The notes below the pieces were generated by a model. That model was not told the DNA's origin and did no database searches. It was given only the letters and a program-made list of their open reading frames with translations. A stretch of DNA of 64,000 nt, from the NCBI GenBank assembly GCA_044221725.1, contig JBGAON010000002.1, forward strand, positions 288,001-352,000, read 5' to 3'. This DNA is from Elusimicrobiota bacterium. GTDB lineage: Bacteria; Elusimicrobiota; Elusimicrobia; F11. Positions 9,872 through 20,081 of this stretch are shown piece by piece. The position numbers and the translations under genes are program-made. Each line of letters begins with the position of its first letter. The stretch's first letter is position 1.

Positions 9872-11052
9872 CGAAATTGAACTTGGAACAGACGTTTGGC
9901 GGAATCTATCGTGGCAAAACGGTTTTTGTCACGGGGCATACGGGCTTTAAAGGCGGTTGGCTGGTTCTTTGGCTGAAAGCGCTCGGTGCGAAAGTGGTTG
10001 GTTACTCGCTTGCGCCCGAGCGGACGCCGAACCTTTTTAATTCGGTCAAAATTGAAGATGGCATCACGCATATCGTTGGGGATGTGCGCAATTTTGATCA
10101 CGTGAAAAAAGCGATGGCCAACGCGAAGCCGGATTTTGTTTTTCATTTGGCCGCGCAACCGCTTGTGCGCCAGTCTTACCGCGAGCCGCGTGAAACGTAT
10201 GAAACGAACGTGATGGGGACCGTGAACGTGCTCGAATCGGTGCGTAGCACGCCAAGCGTGCGCGTGTGCGTCAACGTGACGAGCGACAAGTGTTACGAAA
10301 ACAACGGTTGGGTTTATCCGTACCGTGAAAACGACCCGATGGGCGGCATTGATCCCTACAGCTCCAGCAAAGGCGCCGTGGAGATTGTTGCGGCGGCGTA
10401 CCGTCGATCGTTCTTTAATGACAACAGCACCGCGTCGCTGGTTTCGGTGCGCGCTGGAAATGTTATCGGTGGCGGTGATTGGACACCCGAGCGAATTATT
10501 CCGGATTGTGTGAAAGCGCTGGCCGATGAAAAACCCATCCATGTTCGCAATCCGCTGGCGGTTCGGCCTTGGCAGTACGTGCTGGAGCCGTTGTCCGGAT
10601 ATCTGTGGCTTGGATCGTTGCTATGGACAAGTTTGAAACCGCTCGACTACGGTTGGAATTTTGGGCCCTTGTCGCACGAATGTTTGTCGGTGCGCGACCT
10701 CGTGAAACAGGCGATTGCCGCGTGGGGCGAAGGGGAATACGACGAACAGTCCGCCGCTGACCGCGCCAACAGCCCACACGAAGCGGATCTGTTGCGTCTC
10801 GACTGCAGCAAAGCCGCGTTTCAATTGGGTTGGACGCCCGTGTACCGTACACAAGAAGCGATCGAGCGCACGGTTCTTTGGTACCGCAATTTTTATCGCA
10901 ACTCGAAATTTGATGCGCTCGATTATTCTCTTTCGGAAATAAATACCTACGTGGAAAAAGCGCGCGAGCAAGGTCTGACCTGGGCAAAAGAGCCGAAAAG
11001 AAGTCCGAAGAAATCGTCGCGCGTCGCCAACCCTTCTTCTTCACGAACATGA
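9868..11052 (+). CDS. rfbG: CDP-glucose 4,6-dehydratase
   Basis: TGHTGFKGGWL, HLAAQPLVR, TSDKCYEN, DPYSSSK, RAGNVIGGGDW and RPWQYVLEPL. Start at ATG 9868 (ATGA overlap). Confidence 0.95.
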   Translation: MTKLNLEQTFGGIYRGKTVFVTGHTGFKGGWLVLWLKALGAKVVGYSLAPERTPNLFNSVKIEDGITHIVGDVRNFDHVKKAMANAKPDFVFHLAAQPLVRQSYREPRETYETNVMGTVNVLESVRSTPSVRVCVNVTSDKCYENNGWVYPYRENDPMGGIDPYSSSKGAVEIVAAAYRRSFFNDNSTASLVSVRAGNVIGGGDWTPERIIPDCVKALADEKPIHVRNPLAVRPWQYVLEPLSGYLWLGSLLWTSLKPLDYGWNFGPLSHECLSVRDLVKQAIAAWGEGEYDEQSAADRANSPHEADLLRLDCSKAAFQLGWTPVYRTQEAIERTVLWYRNFYRNSKFDALDYSLSEINTYVEKAREQGLTWAKEPKRSPKKSSRVANPSSSRT

Positions 11053-11984
11053 ACGTCCAGCGAATCCTTCTGACCGGAGCCACCGGTTACGTGGGATCGC
11101 GTGTCGCGGCACACTTTGCGGAAGATCCTTCTTTTCATGTAACAGTTCTCGTTCGCCCAACCTCAAGCACCGATTTGTTGAAGCCCGTGCTCGCAAAAAT
11201 TTCGGTCGAGCTCGTTGGAGATGGACCCGCTTCCATTGAAACAATTCTGAAACGTGCAAAGCCCGATGTTGTTGTCCATCTCGCCTCGTCAGCGCCGTCG
11301 GCGACGCCGAATCAATCGGTGAAAGACGTCGTTTCAGCGAATATCCTGTTCGGTACGGAATTGCTACAGGCCATGCTGACGTGTGGCGTGAAAAATTTTG
11401 TGAACACCGGTACATTCTGGGAGGAGATGGGCGGCGACGGTGTGTATCGTCCGCTTGATTTTTATGCGGCCACCAAACGCGCCTTTCAGAATATTTTGCG
11501 CTACTACGAAGACGCGCACGATTTTCGCGCGGTCACGCTGAAATTGTTCGGTGTATACGGGCCGCGCGACCCACGGCCGAAAGTGTTTGCGCTCTTTAAG
11601 CGCGCCACGACGAGCGCCGAGCCGATTGGTCTTTCCCCGGGCAAACAAGAGTTGGATCTTGTTTACGTCGATGACGTGGCCAACGCCTTTATAAAAGCGG
11701 CGTCTTACGTCGCTCAAAAAAGCAGTCCCATCACCGAAGTGTTTGAAATTGGTTCGGGTGTCTGCACGCCACTTCAAGAAATTGCCAAGATATACGAGCA
11801 GTGTTCCGGAGCCAAATTGAATGTCCGCTGGGCCACTGTCCCATACCGACCCCGGGAAGTGATGCGAAGCTGCGCGAACATTGCAAGCGCAAAGGAGAAA
11901 CTCGATTGGAAACCACAGCACGACTTGAAGAGCGGAATCAGCCAGATGTTGAAACAAGAGACAGCCGCGTCGGCGTCGCTTTGA
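11049..11984 (+). CDS. CDP-3,6-dideoxyhexose 4-reductase-like SDR (abequose/paratose synthase family)
   Basis: TGATGYVG, FVNTGTFWE, YAATK, LFGVYGPRDPRPK and PYRPREVM. Follows rfbFG. Confidence 0.7.
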   Translation: MNVQRILLTGATGYVGSRVAAHFAEDPSFHVTVLVRPTSSTDLLKPVLAKISVELVGDGPASIETILKRAKPDVVVHLASSAPSATPNQSVKDVVSANILFGTELLQAMLTCGVKNFVNTGTFWEEMGGDGVYRPLDFYAATKRAFQNILRYYEDAHDFRAVTLKLFGVYGPRDPRPKVFALFKRATTSAEPIGLSPGKQELDLVYVDDVANAFIKAASYVAQKSSPITEVFEIGSGVCTPLQEIAKIYEQCSGAKLNVRWATVPYRPREVMRSCANIASAKEKLDWKPQHDLKSGISQMLKQETAASASL

Positions 11985-12913
11985 AAAAGATTTCGATCGC
12001 GATTCCCGTTTACAACGAGGAAAAGAACGTTCGCGAAGCCTACGCGGTTGTTCGGCGCCTGTTTGATTCTTTAAAAGACCGGTACGACTACGAAATTGTT
12101 TTTACCGATAATCACAGCGACGATAACAGTTACGCATTGTTACAGGATATCGCTTCCACCGATTGGCGCGTGAAAGTAGCGCGCTTCTCCCGAAATTTCG
12201 GTTACCAGAAATCGATTTATACAGGCTATTCGCTGTCCACCGGTGACGCCGTGATCCAGTTGGATTGCGATCTCCAAGATCCGGTAAGCCTGATTCCTGA
12301 ATTCTTGAAAAAGTGGGAGGAAGGTTACGCGGTTGTCTACGGCGTGCGCAAAACGCGTTCGGAAGGCATGTTCATCACGGCGCTTCGTAAAATCTTTTAC
12401 CGGCTGATCGATTTTCTATCGGAAGATGCGTTGCCGCACGATGCCGGCGATTTCCGGCTCGTCGACCGCCGCGTCATCGACGAACTTAAGCGCGTGTACG
12501 ACTACAATCCGTACCTGCGGGGAAGCATTGCCTCCATGGGTTTTAATCAAATCGGAATTCCGTACGACCGGTTGGAGCGCGTGCACGGCGAAAGCAAATT
12601 CAATTTTTCGAGTCTGTTTCGCTTGGCGATGGACGGAATTTTGAATCACTCGATCGTTCCGTTAAGAATCGCATCCTTTATCGGCATGTTCACGTTTGGC
12701 GCGGCGCTTCTGCTGATGGTGGGCTACCTGATCTGCAAGGCGGTTTTAAGCAAGCCTTGGCCGGCTGGCTTTACCACGACGACCACATTACTTTTGTTGT
12801 CGATGAGTTTGAACGCGCTGTTCCTGGGCATCATCGGCGAATATATCGGACGCATCTATCAGCAGATTAAAAAACGCCCGATCGCGATCATTGAAAAGTC
12901 GTTGAACCTATAG
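11981..12913 (+). CDS. GT2 polyprenyl-phosphate glycosyltransferase (GtrB/DPM-like)
   Basis: IPVYNEE, DNHSDD, RNFGYQ, DCDLQDP, GDFRLVDR and two C-terminal TMs ending GIIGEYIGRIY. TTG start at 11981 overlaps the upstream stop. Confidence 0.9.
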   Translation: MKKISIAIPVYNEEKNVREAYAVVRRLFDSLKDRYDYEIVFTDNHSDDNSYALLQDIASTDWRVKVARFSRNFGYQKSIYTGYSLSTGDAVIQLDCDLQDPVSLIPEFLKKWEEGYAVVYGVRKTRSEGMFITALRKIFYRLIDFLSEDALPHDAGDFRLVDRRVIDELKRVYDYNPYLRGSIASMGFNQIGIPYDRLERVHGESKFNFSSLFRLAMDGILNHSIVPLRIASFIGMFTFGAALLLMVGYLICKAVLSKPWPAGFTTTTTLLLLSMSLNALFLGIIGEYIGRIYQQIKKRPIAIIEKSLNL

Positions 12914-13011
12914 GTTTTTCATAGGGACATTAAGGCCGTTTCCGTTGGCCCAACCAGCAAAACTTTTGTATCTTTCCGCCTCAGAAATTTCCTTCAAGGA
13001 GACAGAAAACA

Positions 13012-14235
13012 ATGGCGAAATGCCTCATTTGTGAATCGACAATCGAACCCTTTATCGATTTTGGAAAAATGCCCATCGCGAACGGATTTCTCGAGCCTCA
13101 GCATTACAAAGACGAGCCGCGTTTTAGTTTGAAGGTCGCCTTGTGCGAAAAATGCGGAATGGTGCAGCTCACCGAACAAGTTGATCGCGAAAAAATGTTC
13201 AACGATCAATACGCTTTCTTCTCCTCGACGTCGACACGCATGGCCGAACACTTCAAAGAATTCGCCGCCGACATCTCGAAGAAATATTTAACCGGCAACG
13301 ATCCGTTCGTGGTGGAAATGGGCAGCAACGACGGCATCATGCTTCAAAATTTTGCGAAGAACAAAGTTCGGCACCTTGGTATTGAGCCGTCCGGCAATGT
13401 TGCCGACGTTGCGCGCCAACGCGGCATCAACACGATCTCTGAATTCTTTGATGAGGCTCTTGCCGAGAAAATTAAGGCTCAGTACGGCCAGGCCGACGCA
13501 TTCTTGTCCGCGAACGTGATGTGCCACATCCCGTACTTGCATTCGATCGCGAAGGGAATCAAGGCGCTGCTCAAGCCAAAAGGGGTGCTTGCGTTTGAAG
13601 ACCCGTATTTGGGGGACATCGTCGAGAAAACCTCGTACGACCAAATCTATGACGAACATGCGTTCTATTTCTCGGTGGGGTCCGTTCAAAATTTCTTTAA
13701 GCAACACGGGCTCGAACTGTTTGATATTGCTCATCAAGAAACGCACGGCGGATCGATGCGTTACTACTTGAGTCATACGGGCGCCTACCCGATTTCGCAA
13801 GCGGTGAAAGACCAATCCAAGAAAGAAGAAGAAGTTTGGCAGCTAAAAAATCCAAAGACGTACGAAACGCTGCGAAAAAATATTGAACGTTCCCGTGAAC
13901 AATTGGTCAACCTGCTCTCCGAACTCAAAAAAGAGGGAAAGCGCGTGGTTGGTTATGGGGCCACATCCAAGAGCACAACCGTCATTAATTACTGCAATCT
14001 CAATAGCGATCTCATCCAATTCATCAGCGATACGACACCGATTAAGCAGGGCAAATACAGTCCGGGCGCGCACATCCCGGTCCGGCCCTATCAGGAGTTT
14101 TCCGACAAGTATCCGGATTATGCGTTGCTGTTCGCGTGGAACCACGCGACGGAGATTATGGCCAAGGAAAAACAATTCAAAAACGCGGGTGGGAAGTGGA
14201 TCGTTTACGTGCCCGAAGTGAAAATCTTTTCATGA
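13012..14235 (+). CDS. NDP-hexose C3-methyltransferase (TcaB9/EvaC-like, Zn-binding)
   Basis: CxxC...CxxC, EMGSNDG, NVMCHIPY, EDPYLGDI, DQIYDEH, HGGSMR, GYGATSK and PDYALLFAWNH. Strong RBS AAGGAG. Confidence 0.88.
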   Translation: MAKCLICESTIEPFIDFGKMPIANGFLEPQHYKDEPRFSLKVALCEKCGMVQLTEQVDREKMFNDQYAFFSSTSTRMAEHFKEFAADISKKYLTGNDPFVVEMGSNDGIMLQNFAKNKVRHLGIEPSGNVADVARQRGINTISEFFDEALAEKIKAQYGQADAFLSANVMCHIPYLHSIAKGIKALLKPKGVLAFEDPYLGDIVEKTSYDQIYDEHAFYFSVGSVQNFFKQHGLELFDIAHQETHGGSMRYYLSHTGAYPISQAVKDQSKKEEEVWQLKNPKTYETLRKNIERSREQLVNLLSELKKEGKRVVGYGATSKSTTVINYCNLNSDLIQFISDTTPIKQGKYSPGAHIPVRPYQEFSDKYPDYALLFAWNHATEIMAKEKQFKNAGGKWIVYVPEVKIFS

Positions 14236-15365
14236 TCCTGTGCGCGAACCCGCGCGCTCAGTACGTTTCGCATAAAAAAGAGATCGACGCGGCCATCGCG
14301 TCGGTACTTGAGGATGGCCGGTACGTTCAGGGCGATGCCGTAAACAATTTCGAAAAGGAATTTTCCTCCTATATCGGCGCCTCGCACGCCATTGGCGTGG
14401 GAAGCGGCACCGAAGCGCTGCATGTCGCGCTGAAAGCGTGCGGTATCGGAGCGGGTGATGAAGTAATTACCGTTTCTCACACGGCGGTTGCCACGGTGGC
14501 CGCCATTGAACTCGCTGGCGCATCTCCGGTGCTCGTCGACATTGAGCCCACGTATTACACGCTTAATCTCTCCGAATTAAAGAAAGCCATTTCACCAAAG
14601 ACAAAAGCGATCGTAGCGGTTCACATTTATGGCCAGCCGTGCGATATGCGGCCCATTCTCGAAATTGCGAAGCAACATGGACTGCGCGTGATCGAAGATT
14701 GCGCGCAAGCAACCGGCGCAACGTGGCAGGACCGTCGGCTTGGTTCCATCGGGGACATCGGTTGCTTCAGTTTTTATCCCACCAAGAATTTGGGTGCGAT
14801 CGGTGATGGTGGTATGGTTGTCACGAACGATGCGAAGCTCGCGCAGAATGTTCGATTGCTGCGCGAATACGGCTGGGAAGAGCGCTACGTCAGCAAAATC
14901 TCTGGTTGGAATTCGCGGTTGGACGAGTTGCAGGCGGCCGTGTTGCGCGTGAAGCTGCGGCATTTGGACGCCGACAACGCGAAGCGCCGGGCGTTGGCCG
15001 AACGCTACAACGCTGCGCTTCGAGCGCTGGGTGTGGAAACCCCGGCCGCGCGAGAAGATGCAAGCCACGTTTATCACCTTTACGTAATTCGATCGGCGCA
15101 GCGCGATGAGCTTCAAACGTTTTTAAAGTCGAAAGGCGTTCATACGCTCGTGCATTATCCGGTGCCGGTGCATCTTCAGCCGGCGTATCGAAATCGAATC
15201 CGAACCATCGGTGAACTGAAACAAACGGAGCATGCCGCAACGACTATTTTGTCGCTGCCGCTTTATCCGGAGTTAACAAACGGCGACGTTGAAACCGTGA
15301 TCGACGCCATCAAGATTTTTGCAAGTGAAACGGGTGTGCGTGCCGCCGCGTCCAGCGCTCGATGA
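14232..15365 (+). CDS. DegT/DnrJ/EryC1/StrS PLP-dependent sugar aminotransferase
   Basis: GSGTEAL, VHIYGQ, EDCAQA, SFYPTKNLGAIGDGG and NSRLDELQAA. Start at ATG 14232. Confidence 0.92.
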   Translation: MILCANPRAQYVSHKKEIDAAIASVLEDGRYVQGDAVNNFEKEFSSYIGASHAIGVGSGTEALHVALKACGIGAGDEVITVSHTAVATVAAIELAGASPVLVDIEPTYYTLNLSELKKAISPKTKAIVAVHIYGQPCDMRPILEIAKQHGLRVIEDCAQATGATWQDRRLGSIGDIGCFSFYPTKNLGAIGDGGMVVTNDAKLAQNVRLLREYGWEERYVSKISGWNSRLDELQAAVLRVKLRHLDADNAKRRALAERYNAALRALGVETPAAREDASHVYHLYVIRSAQRDELQTFLKSKGVHTLVHYPVPVHLQPAYRNRIRTIGELKQTEHAATTILSLPLYPELTNGDVETVIDAIKIFASETGVRAAASSAR

Positions 15366-15384
15366 TTGACCGGGATAATCGCTA

Positions 15385-16371
15385 ATGGCGGATCCAGCAC
15401 GGCTGTTCGAAGGACGCACGATTGTTGTGACCGGTGCCTCCGGTTATGTCGCTTCCCAATTAATCGATCGGCTGAGTCACGTTGCTTGCCGCATTGTCGG
15501 TGTATCGCGAACGAAAATCGGAGAAATGTCGGGCCCCGCAAAGGCCACGGTTGAATTCGTTGCGGGCGACCTCAACAGCGAATCTTTTTTAGAGAAAACA
15601 CTGAGCGGCGCGGATGCCGTTTTTCATTTGGCGGCGCAAACGAGCACGTACAAAGCGAATGAGGATCCCGCCACTGATGCACGGTCCAATGTGTGGCCAC
15701 TGTTTCTCATGCTGGAAGTCTGTCGGCGAAAAGCATGGAAACCGTTCGTGGCGCTCGCCGGAGCGGCGACCGAGGTGGGCGTTACCGATAAAATTCCGGT
15801 GAACGAAAGTTTTTTGGATGCACCGCTCACCACGTACGATCTGCACAAATTGTTAGCGGAAAACTATTTGAAATATTACGCGCGCCAGGGATTCGTGACG
15901 GGCACAACGTTGCGGCTGGCCAATGTTTACGGTCCGGGTCCCCGTAGCTCGAGCGCGGACCGTGGAATCCTCAACATGATGGTGCGGCGCGCGTTGAACG
16001 GTGATGCATTAACCGTTTACGGCAAAGGCGATAACATTCGCGACTACGTGTTCATTGATGACGTTGTGGACGCTTTTCTCGTTTCTGCCACCAGCGAGAA
16101 AACAAACGGTCGGCATTTTGTGCTCGGGAGTGGCGAGGGACACACAATTTTAGAAGCGATTCAAACCGTGGCCGCGTGTGTCGAAAAAAAGAATGGCAAG
16201 CCGGTCGAAATTAAACACATGCCGCCACCGTCATCGCAGTCACCCATCGAGGCACGGAATTTTGTCGCCGACACGTCCGCGTTTCGCATGGCCACCGGAT
16301 GGCAGCCGCGCGTTTCTTTTCTTGACGGTGTAAACCGTACAATAGATCATTGGATAAAGGAAAAAGTATGA
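15385..16371 (+). CDS. NAD-dependent epimerase/dehydratase
   Basis: TGASGYVA, HLAAQTS, YDLHK and RLANVYGP. Confidence 0.85.
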   Translation: MADPARLFEGRTIVVTGASGYVASQLIDRLSHVACRIVGVSRTKIGEMSGPAKATVEFVAGDLNSESFLEKTLSGADAVFHLAAQTSTYKANEDPATDARSNVWPLFLMLEVCRRKAWKPFVALAGAATEVGVTDKIPVNESFLDAPLTTYDLHKLLAENYLKYYARQGFVTGTTLRLANVYGPGPRSSSADRGILNMMVRRALNGDALTVYGKGDNIRDYVFIDDVVDAFLVSATSEKTNGRHFVLGSGEGHTILEAIQTVAACVEKKNGKPVEIKHMPPPSSQSPIEARNFVADTSAFRMATGWQPRVSFLDGVNRTIDHWIKEKV

Positions 16372-17333
16372 GAATATTAATCGTTGGTGGTGCCGGATTT
16401 CTCGGATCCAATCTTGTGCGCTATTGCTTGGCAAAGCCTGGGAACGAGATCACGGTGCTTGATTCTCTCGAACCGCATCTGCGCGCATCGACCGCGAATC
16501 TGCGCGACGTGTGGGACCAAATCCGGTTTGTTCGCGGAAGCATGGCGGATGAACAACTGATTGCCGAAGTCGTACAAGGCCAAGACGTGATTTTTAACTG
16601 TGCGGCGCAAACCTCTCATCCCTTGTCCATTCAGAATCCGCTTTTTGACGTTGAGTTGAACTGCACCGGCAATTTGAAATTGCTCGAAGCAATTCGATTG
16701 CTTAATCCGAAAGCCACCGTCGTTTACACATCGAGCAGCACCGTGATTGGAAAAGCCGTCGGAGAGCTTGTGGACGAAGACCACGGCGAGCGGCCGCTCG
16801 ATATTTATTCAGCGAACAAAGGCGTTGCCGAAAAATACTACCGTATCTACAACCGCGTTCACGGTTTGAAAACGATCGTGTTGCGGTTTGCGAACCTCTA
16901 TGGGCCGTACGGCAAAGGCTACCCGGAATTTGGGTTCATTAACTATTTCATCTCGCTCGCGCAGGCGAATGAGGAAATAAAAATTTTTGGATCGGGCAAT
17001 CAGACGCGCAACGTTTTGTTTGCCGAAGATGCTGCCGAGATAATTTACCGCAGCGTTTCCGAGCCGCGTCTCATTGGTGAAACGTATTTTGCGGTGGGCG
17101 ACGAACATCTGACCGTTGCGGAGATCGCCAAAAATATCGTGGAAGTTTTTCAAAAGGGGCGGGTTACGCACATCGAATGGCCCGAAGAGCGGCACCGCAT
17201 CGAAGTGGGAAAGGTAATGTTTTCATCGGCGCGCATTCGCGACATTGTGGATTGGCATCCGCGCTTCTCTTTCCGACAGGGCCTGCAACGCACCCGGGAA
17301 ATTTCAGAGAGACTTAAGGAGGTTGTTCGTTGA
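16368..17333 (+). CDS. NAD-dependent epimerase/dehydratase
   Basis: GGAGFLGS, NCAAQTSH, YSANK and RFANLYGP. Start at ATG 16368. Confidence 0.85.
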   Translation: MRILIVGGAGFLGSNLVRYCLAKPGNEITVLDSLEPHLRASTANLRDVWDQIRFVRGSMADEQLIAEVVQGQDVIFNCAAQTSHPLSIQNPLFDVELNCTGNLKLLEAIRLLNPKATVVYTSSSTVIGKAVGELVDEDHGERPLDIYSANKGVAEKYYRIYNRVHGLKTIVLRFANLYGPYGKGYPEFGFINYFISLAQANEEIKIFGSGNQTRNVLFAEDAAEIIYRSVSEPRLIGETYFAVGDEHLTVAEIAKNIVEVFQKGRVTHIEWPEERHRIEVGKVMFSSARIRDIVDWHPRFSFRQGLQRTREISERLKEVVR

Positions 17334-18283
17334 AAAAGATTCTTGTTACGGGCGCGCTCGGTCATATCGGCTCGCGCTTTATTCGCACGATTAAACCGGG
17401 ACAATTTTCCGAAGTGATACTCGTCGACAACCTCTCCACGCAGCGATACCCTTCACTTTTCAATCTCCCGTCAAACGTTCCATTTCGGTTTCTCGCCGAA
17501 GATATTTGCACCGCGGATCTCAATGCGTTGTTCAAAGGAATTGATGTTGTGCTGCACATGGCCGCCGCGACGGACGCGGCCGGCAGCGCGAACCGCGCCG
17601 ACGAAGTGCGCAAAGTAAATTTCACCGGTACCGAGCGGGTTGCAAAAGCCTGCGCGGAAACGGGCGCAAAGTTGATTTTTTTCTCCACGACCAGCGTGTA
17701 TGGCACGGCCAAGGACGTGGTGGATGAGAACTGCACCGAAGAGGAACTCAAGCCGCAAAGCCCGTACGCGCACAGCAAAATTGAGGCGGAGCGGTTGCTC
17801 GCGAAGATGGGGGCCGAGGAAGGATTGCGATTTATCGTTTGCCGTTTTGGCACGATCTTTGGCGCGTCGATCGGCATGCGTTTTCACACGGCCGTGAACA
17901 AATTTATTTGGCAGGCGTGTCTCAACTTGCCGATCACCGTTTGGCGCACGGCGCTGCACCAAAAGCGGCCGTATCTCGATCTCGAGGACGCGGTTCGCGC
18001 GCTTCATTTCATTATCGAGGGCGATCATTTTGATAACCGCGTTTACAACGTGCTCACGACGAATTGCACGGTGAACGACATCGTCGAAGCGATCCGCAAA
18101 TACCAACCGGATTTGAAAATCAATTTTGTGGACGAGGCGATTATGAACCAATTGTCCTACGAAGTGGCCTGCGAGCGGTTCAAAAGCCTCGGTTTCGTGT
18201 TCCAAGGGAATCTCGACCGTTCTGTTTCTGAAAGTGTTGCGCTGTTAAGGAATCTTCAACCGCAAATCCTTGCGTCCAAATAA
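17330..18283 (+). CDS. NAD-dependent epimerase/dehydratase (SDR)
   Basis: TGALGHIG, STTSVYG, PQSPYAHSK and RFGTIFG. TTG start overlaps the upstream stop. Confidence 0.85.
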   Translation: MKKILVTGALGHIGSRFIRTIKPGQFSEVILVDNLSTQRYPSLFNLPSNVPFRFLAEDICTADLNALFKGIDVVLHMAAATDAAGSANRADEVRKVNFTGTERVAKACAETGAKLIFFSTTSVYGTAKDVVDENCTEEELKPQSPYAHSKIEAERLLAKMGAEEGLRFIVCRFGTIFGASIGMRFHTAVNKFIWQACLNLPITVWRTALHQKRPYLDLEDAVRALHFIIEGDHFDNRVYNVLTTNCTVNDIVEAIRKYQPDLKINFVDEAIMNQLSYEVACERFKSLGFVFQGNLDRSVSESVALLRNLQPQILASK

Positions 18284-20081
18284 CAAACCCTCCATAACGC
18301 CAAGCCCGAGCAAGCTGGTCGCGTCGCTGCCGTTCATTGGCGTCGTGCTGTTTTACGTGTTGTTTATCTATCCGCAGTTCGTCACGCCCGGTGCAATGCT
18401 GCGCATGAGCGATTTCGTTCTACCGAACGTGAACAACCAAACGAATTTTAATTTGTCGTTCTATTCGTGGTCGACCTACGGCTTGGGCCAGCCGAGCATT
18501 CCTTCGTTGTCGATGGGACTTATCTACGTGCTGACCAAATGGTTTGGTGCCTGGGTGGCGCAGCAGTTTTTTGGTTTTGCATCGATGCTCGTGGCGTCCA
18601 CCGGAATGTATTTGTTTTTGGTGCGAACCGGGTGGGTGCGCTCGCGCGTTTGGGCGGCTGTGGTTTCCATTCTCTATGTGGTGAATTGGGCCGTTTTTTC
18701 CTACGAGGGGGACAACGCCGCCCTTCTAACGATCACCGGCATTATGTGGACGTACGCGATGATTCCGTTTGTGATGCTGTGCGGATTCCGGATCTTCGTT
18801 CAGGGCCGATTCTCGGTTTATTACGTGGTGTGTCTTGGGGTTGCGAGCTTTGTCGCGTCGCTTAGCAATTCGCAGGCGTTGGTCATCATGGCCGGTGTGA
18901 TGATTCCTTTCGTTCTTTATTACGTTTTGGAGAAGATCCTTTTTGTGAACGGTGATCCTTCGAAGGCCATCTTTCGCTTGATCACCACGCTGGTTGGATG
19001 GGGGGCCCTTTGTTGCCTTCTTGTGTTTCCGGTCGTGTTGTCGCTGGTCAGTAGCATTTTGTTAACCGGAAACGTCCAATCGCTGTACGGTGTAAAAGCG
19101 GCGCTCACTCCACATCCTGGAATTTACCATTCGGTTTATGTGTACCCGATTTCGGCCCTTTTGGTTTTGTCCTCGCCGCGGGAGTTCACGAATGTTTATG
19201 AACTGCTGGGGTTGGCGGTGCCGGTTTTGTGCGTGTTTGGCGTATTAATTGAAAACGATCGCCAAAAGAAACTTCTTGGCTTGTTGTTTTTCTCTTTGGT
19301 GCTGCTCATCACCGGTTGGATCTTGTTGATCATAATTCTCCCGGGAGGGATCGCGAAAATTTACGCCATTCCCGTGCTCGGCCAACTTTTGCAGGTTGTG
19401 CGCAGTCCGCTCAAGTTTTTTATGTTCCTGGCTCCGTTTTTAACCGTGTTGCTGGCGCTTGGGATCACCAACGTGGCGCCACAAAAAAGATCCGGGTTTG
19501 GTGGCGGGTTGGGGGGGCTTCTCATCCTATGCGCGATGATTGCGGTCTTTATGAATCACGATGGACGCGTGTTTTCGTTGCGCGGAACCTATGTCGAACC
19601 GACGGTGACCCGCAGCGCGCAAGGCGGCGAACACGGTTTGCCGTATGGACGCCTCAACAATTCTCTTGTGCAGATCACGCACGACTTGCAAGCGGCGTCG
19701 GGACCCGCCGGTCGCGTTCTCTGGTTGCCGAACGAAAATGATATTTGGCTACAGACCACACAAATAAGTTTCGAAAACATTTTGTCCTATCCATCATCGC
19801 TCACCATGGGTATTTATCAGAAGGAAATTGCCGATGCGTTCGCCGATGGAACTCCCACGGTTCTCGCGAAACTCCTTACGCTTTTGCGCGTGCGTCACTT
19901 GGTTATCATCAAATATTCGAAACAAACCGGGCCTCCGCGAATTTGGGGAACACCGCCGTGGGGCGAACATATCGTTGGAGATCCAATAGCGTTTCTTTCG
20001 TTTCTCGATAACCAACCAGCGTTTAAGAAAGTAAAGGAAGATGACTCGTACGCGATTTATGAAAATGCCCTTTTCCAGTAA
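18270..20081 (+). CDS. Polytopic GT-C-like membrane protein (AftD/YfhO-like N-terminal half)
   Basis: About 12 TMs, VRSPLKF loop, soluble RVLWLP...LLTLLRVRHLVI and a terminal AIYEN motif typical of AftD/YfhO-like proteins. Confidence 0.6.
   Translation: MRPNNKPSITPSPSKLVASLPFIGVVLFYVLFIYPQFVTPGAMLRMSDFVLPNVNNQTNFNLSFYSWSTYGLGQPSIPSLSMGLIYVLTKWFGAWVAQQFFGFASMLVASTGMYLFLVRTGWVRSRVWAAVVSILYVVNWAVFSYEGDNAALLTITGIMWTYAMIPFVMLCGFRIFVQGRFSVYYVVCLGVASFVASLSNSQALVIMAGVMIPFVLYYVLEKILFVNGDPSKAIFRLITTLVGWGALCCLLVFPVVLSLVSSILLTGNVQSLYGVKAALTPHPGIYHSVYVYPISALLVLSSPREFTNVYELLGLAVPVLCVFGVLIENDRQKKLLGLLFFSLVLLITGWILLIIILPGGIAKIYAIPVLGQLLQVVRSPLKFFMFLAPFLTVLLALGITNVAPQKRSGFGGGLGGLLILCAMIAVFMNHDGRVFSLRGTYVEPTVTRSAQGGEHGLPYGRLNNSLVQITHDLQAASGPAGRVLWLPNENDIWLQTTQISFENILSYPSSLTMGIYQKEIADAFADGTPTVLAKLLTLLRVRHLVIIKYSKQTGPPRIWGTPPWGEHIVGDPIAFLSFLDNQPAFKKVKEDDSYAIYENALFQ

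Noticed and set aside
11801..11980. N-terminal extensions from the ORF track (also at 42, 14136, 37929, 38798, 46051, 46989 and 50419)
   Set aside because: They overlap upstream genes extensively. Downstream starts coincide with stop/start overlaps or an RBS and with the family N-terminal motifs.
19511..19517. G7 tract (also G7 at 39733-39739, T8 at 35492-35499 and T9 at 56472-56480) as phase-variation switches
   Set aside because: The tracts are short, sit in intact frames and encode ordinary Gly or Phe runs. There is no evidence of length variation without reads.
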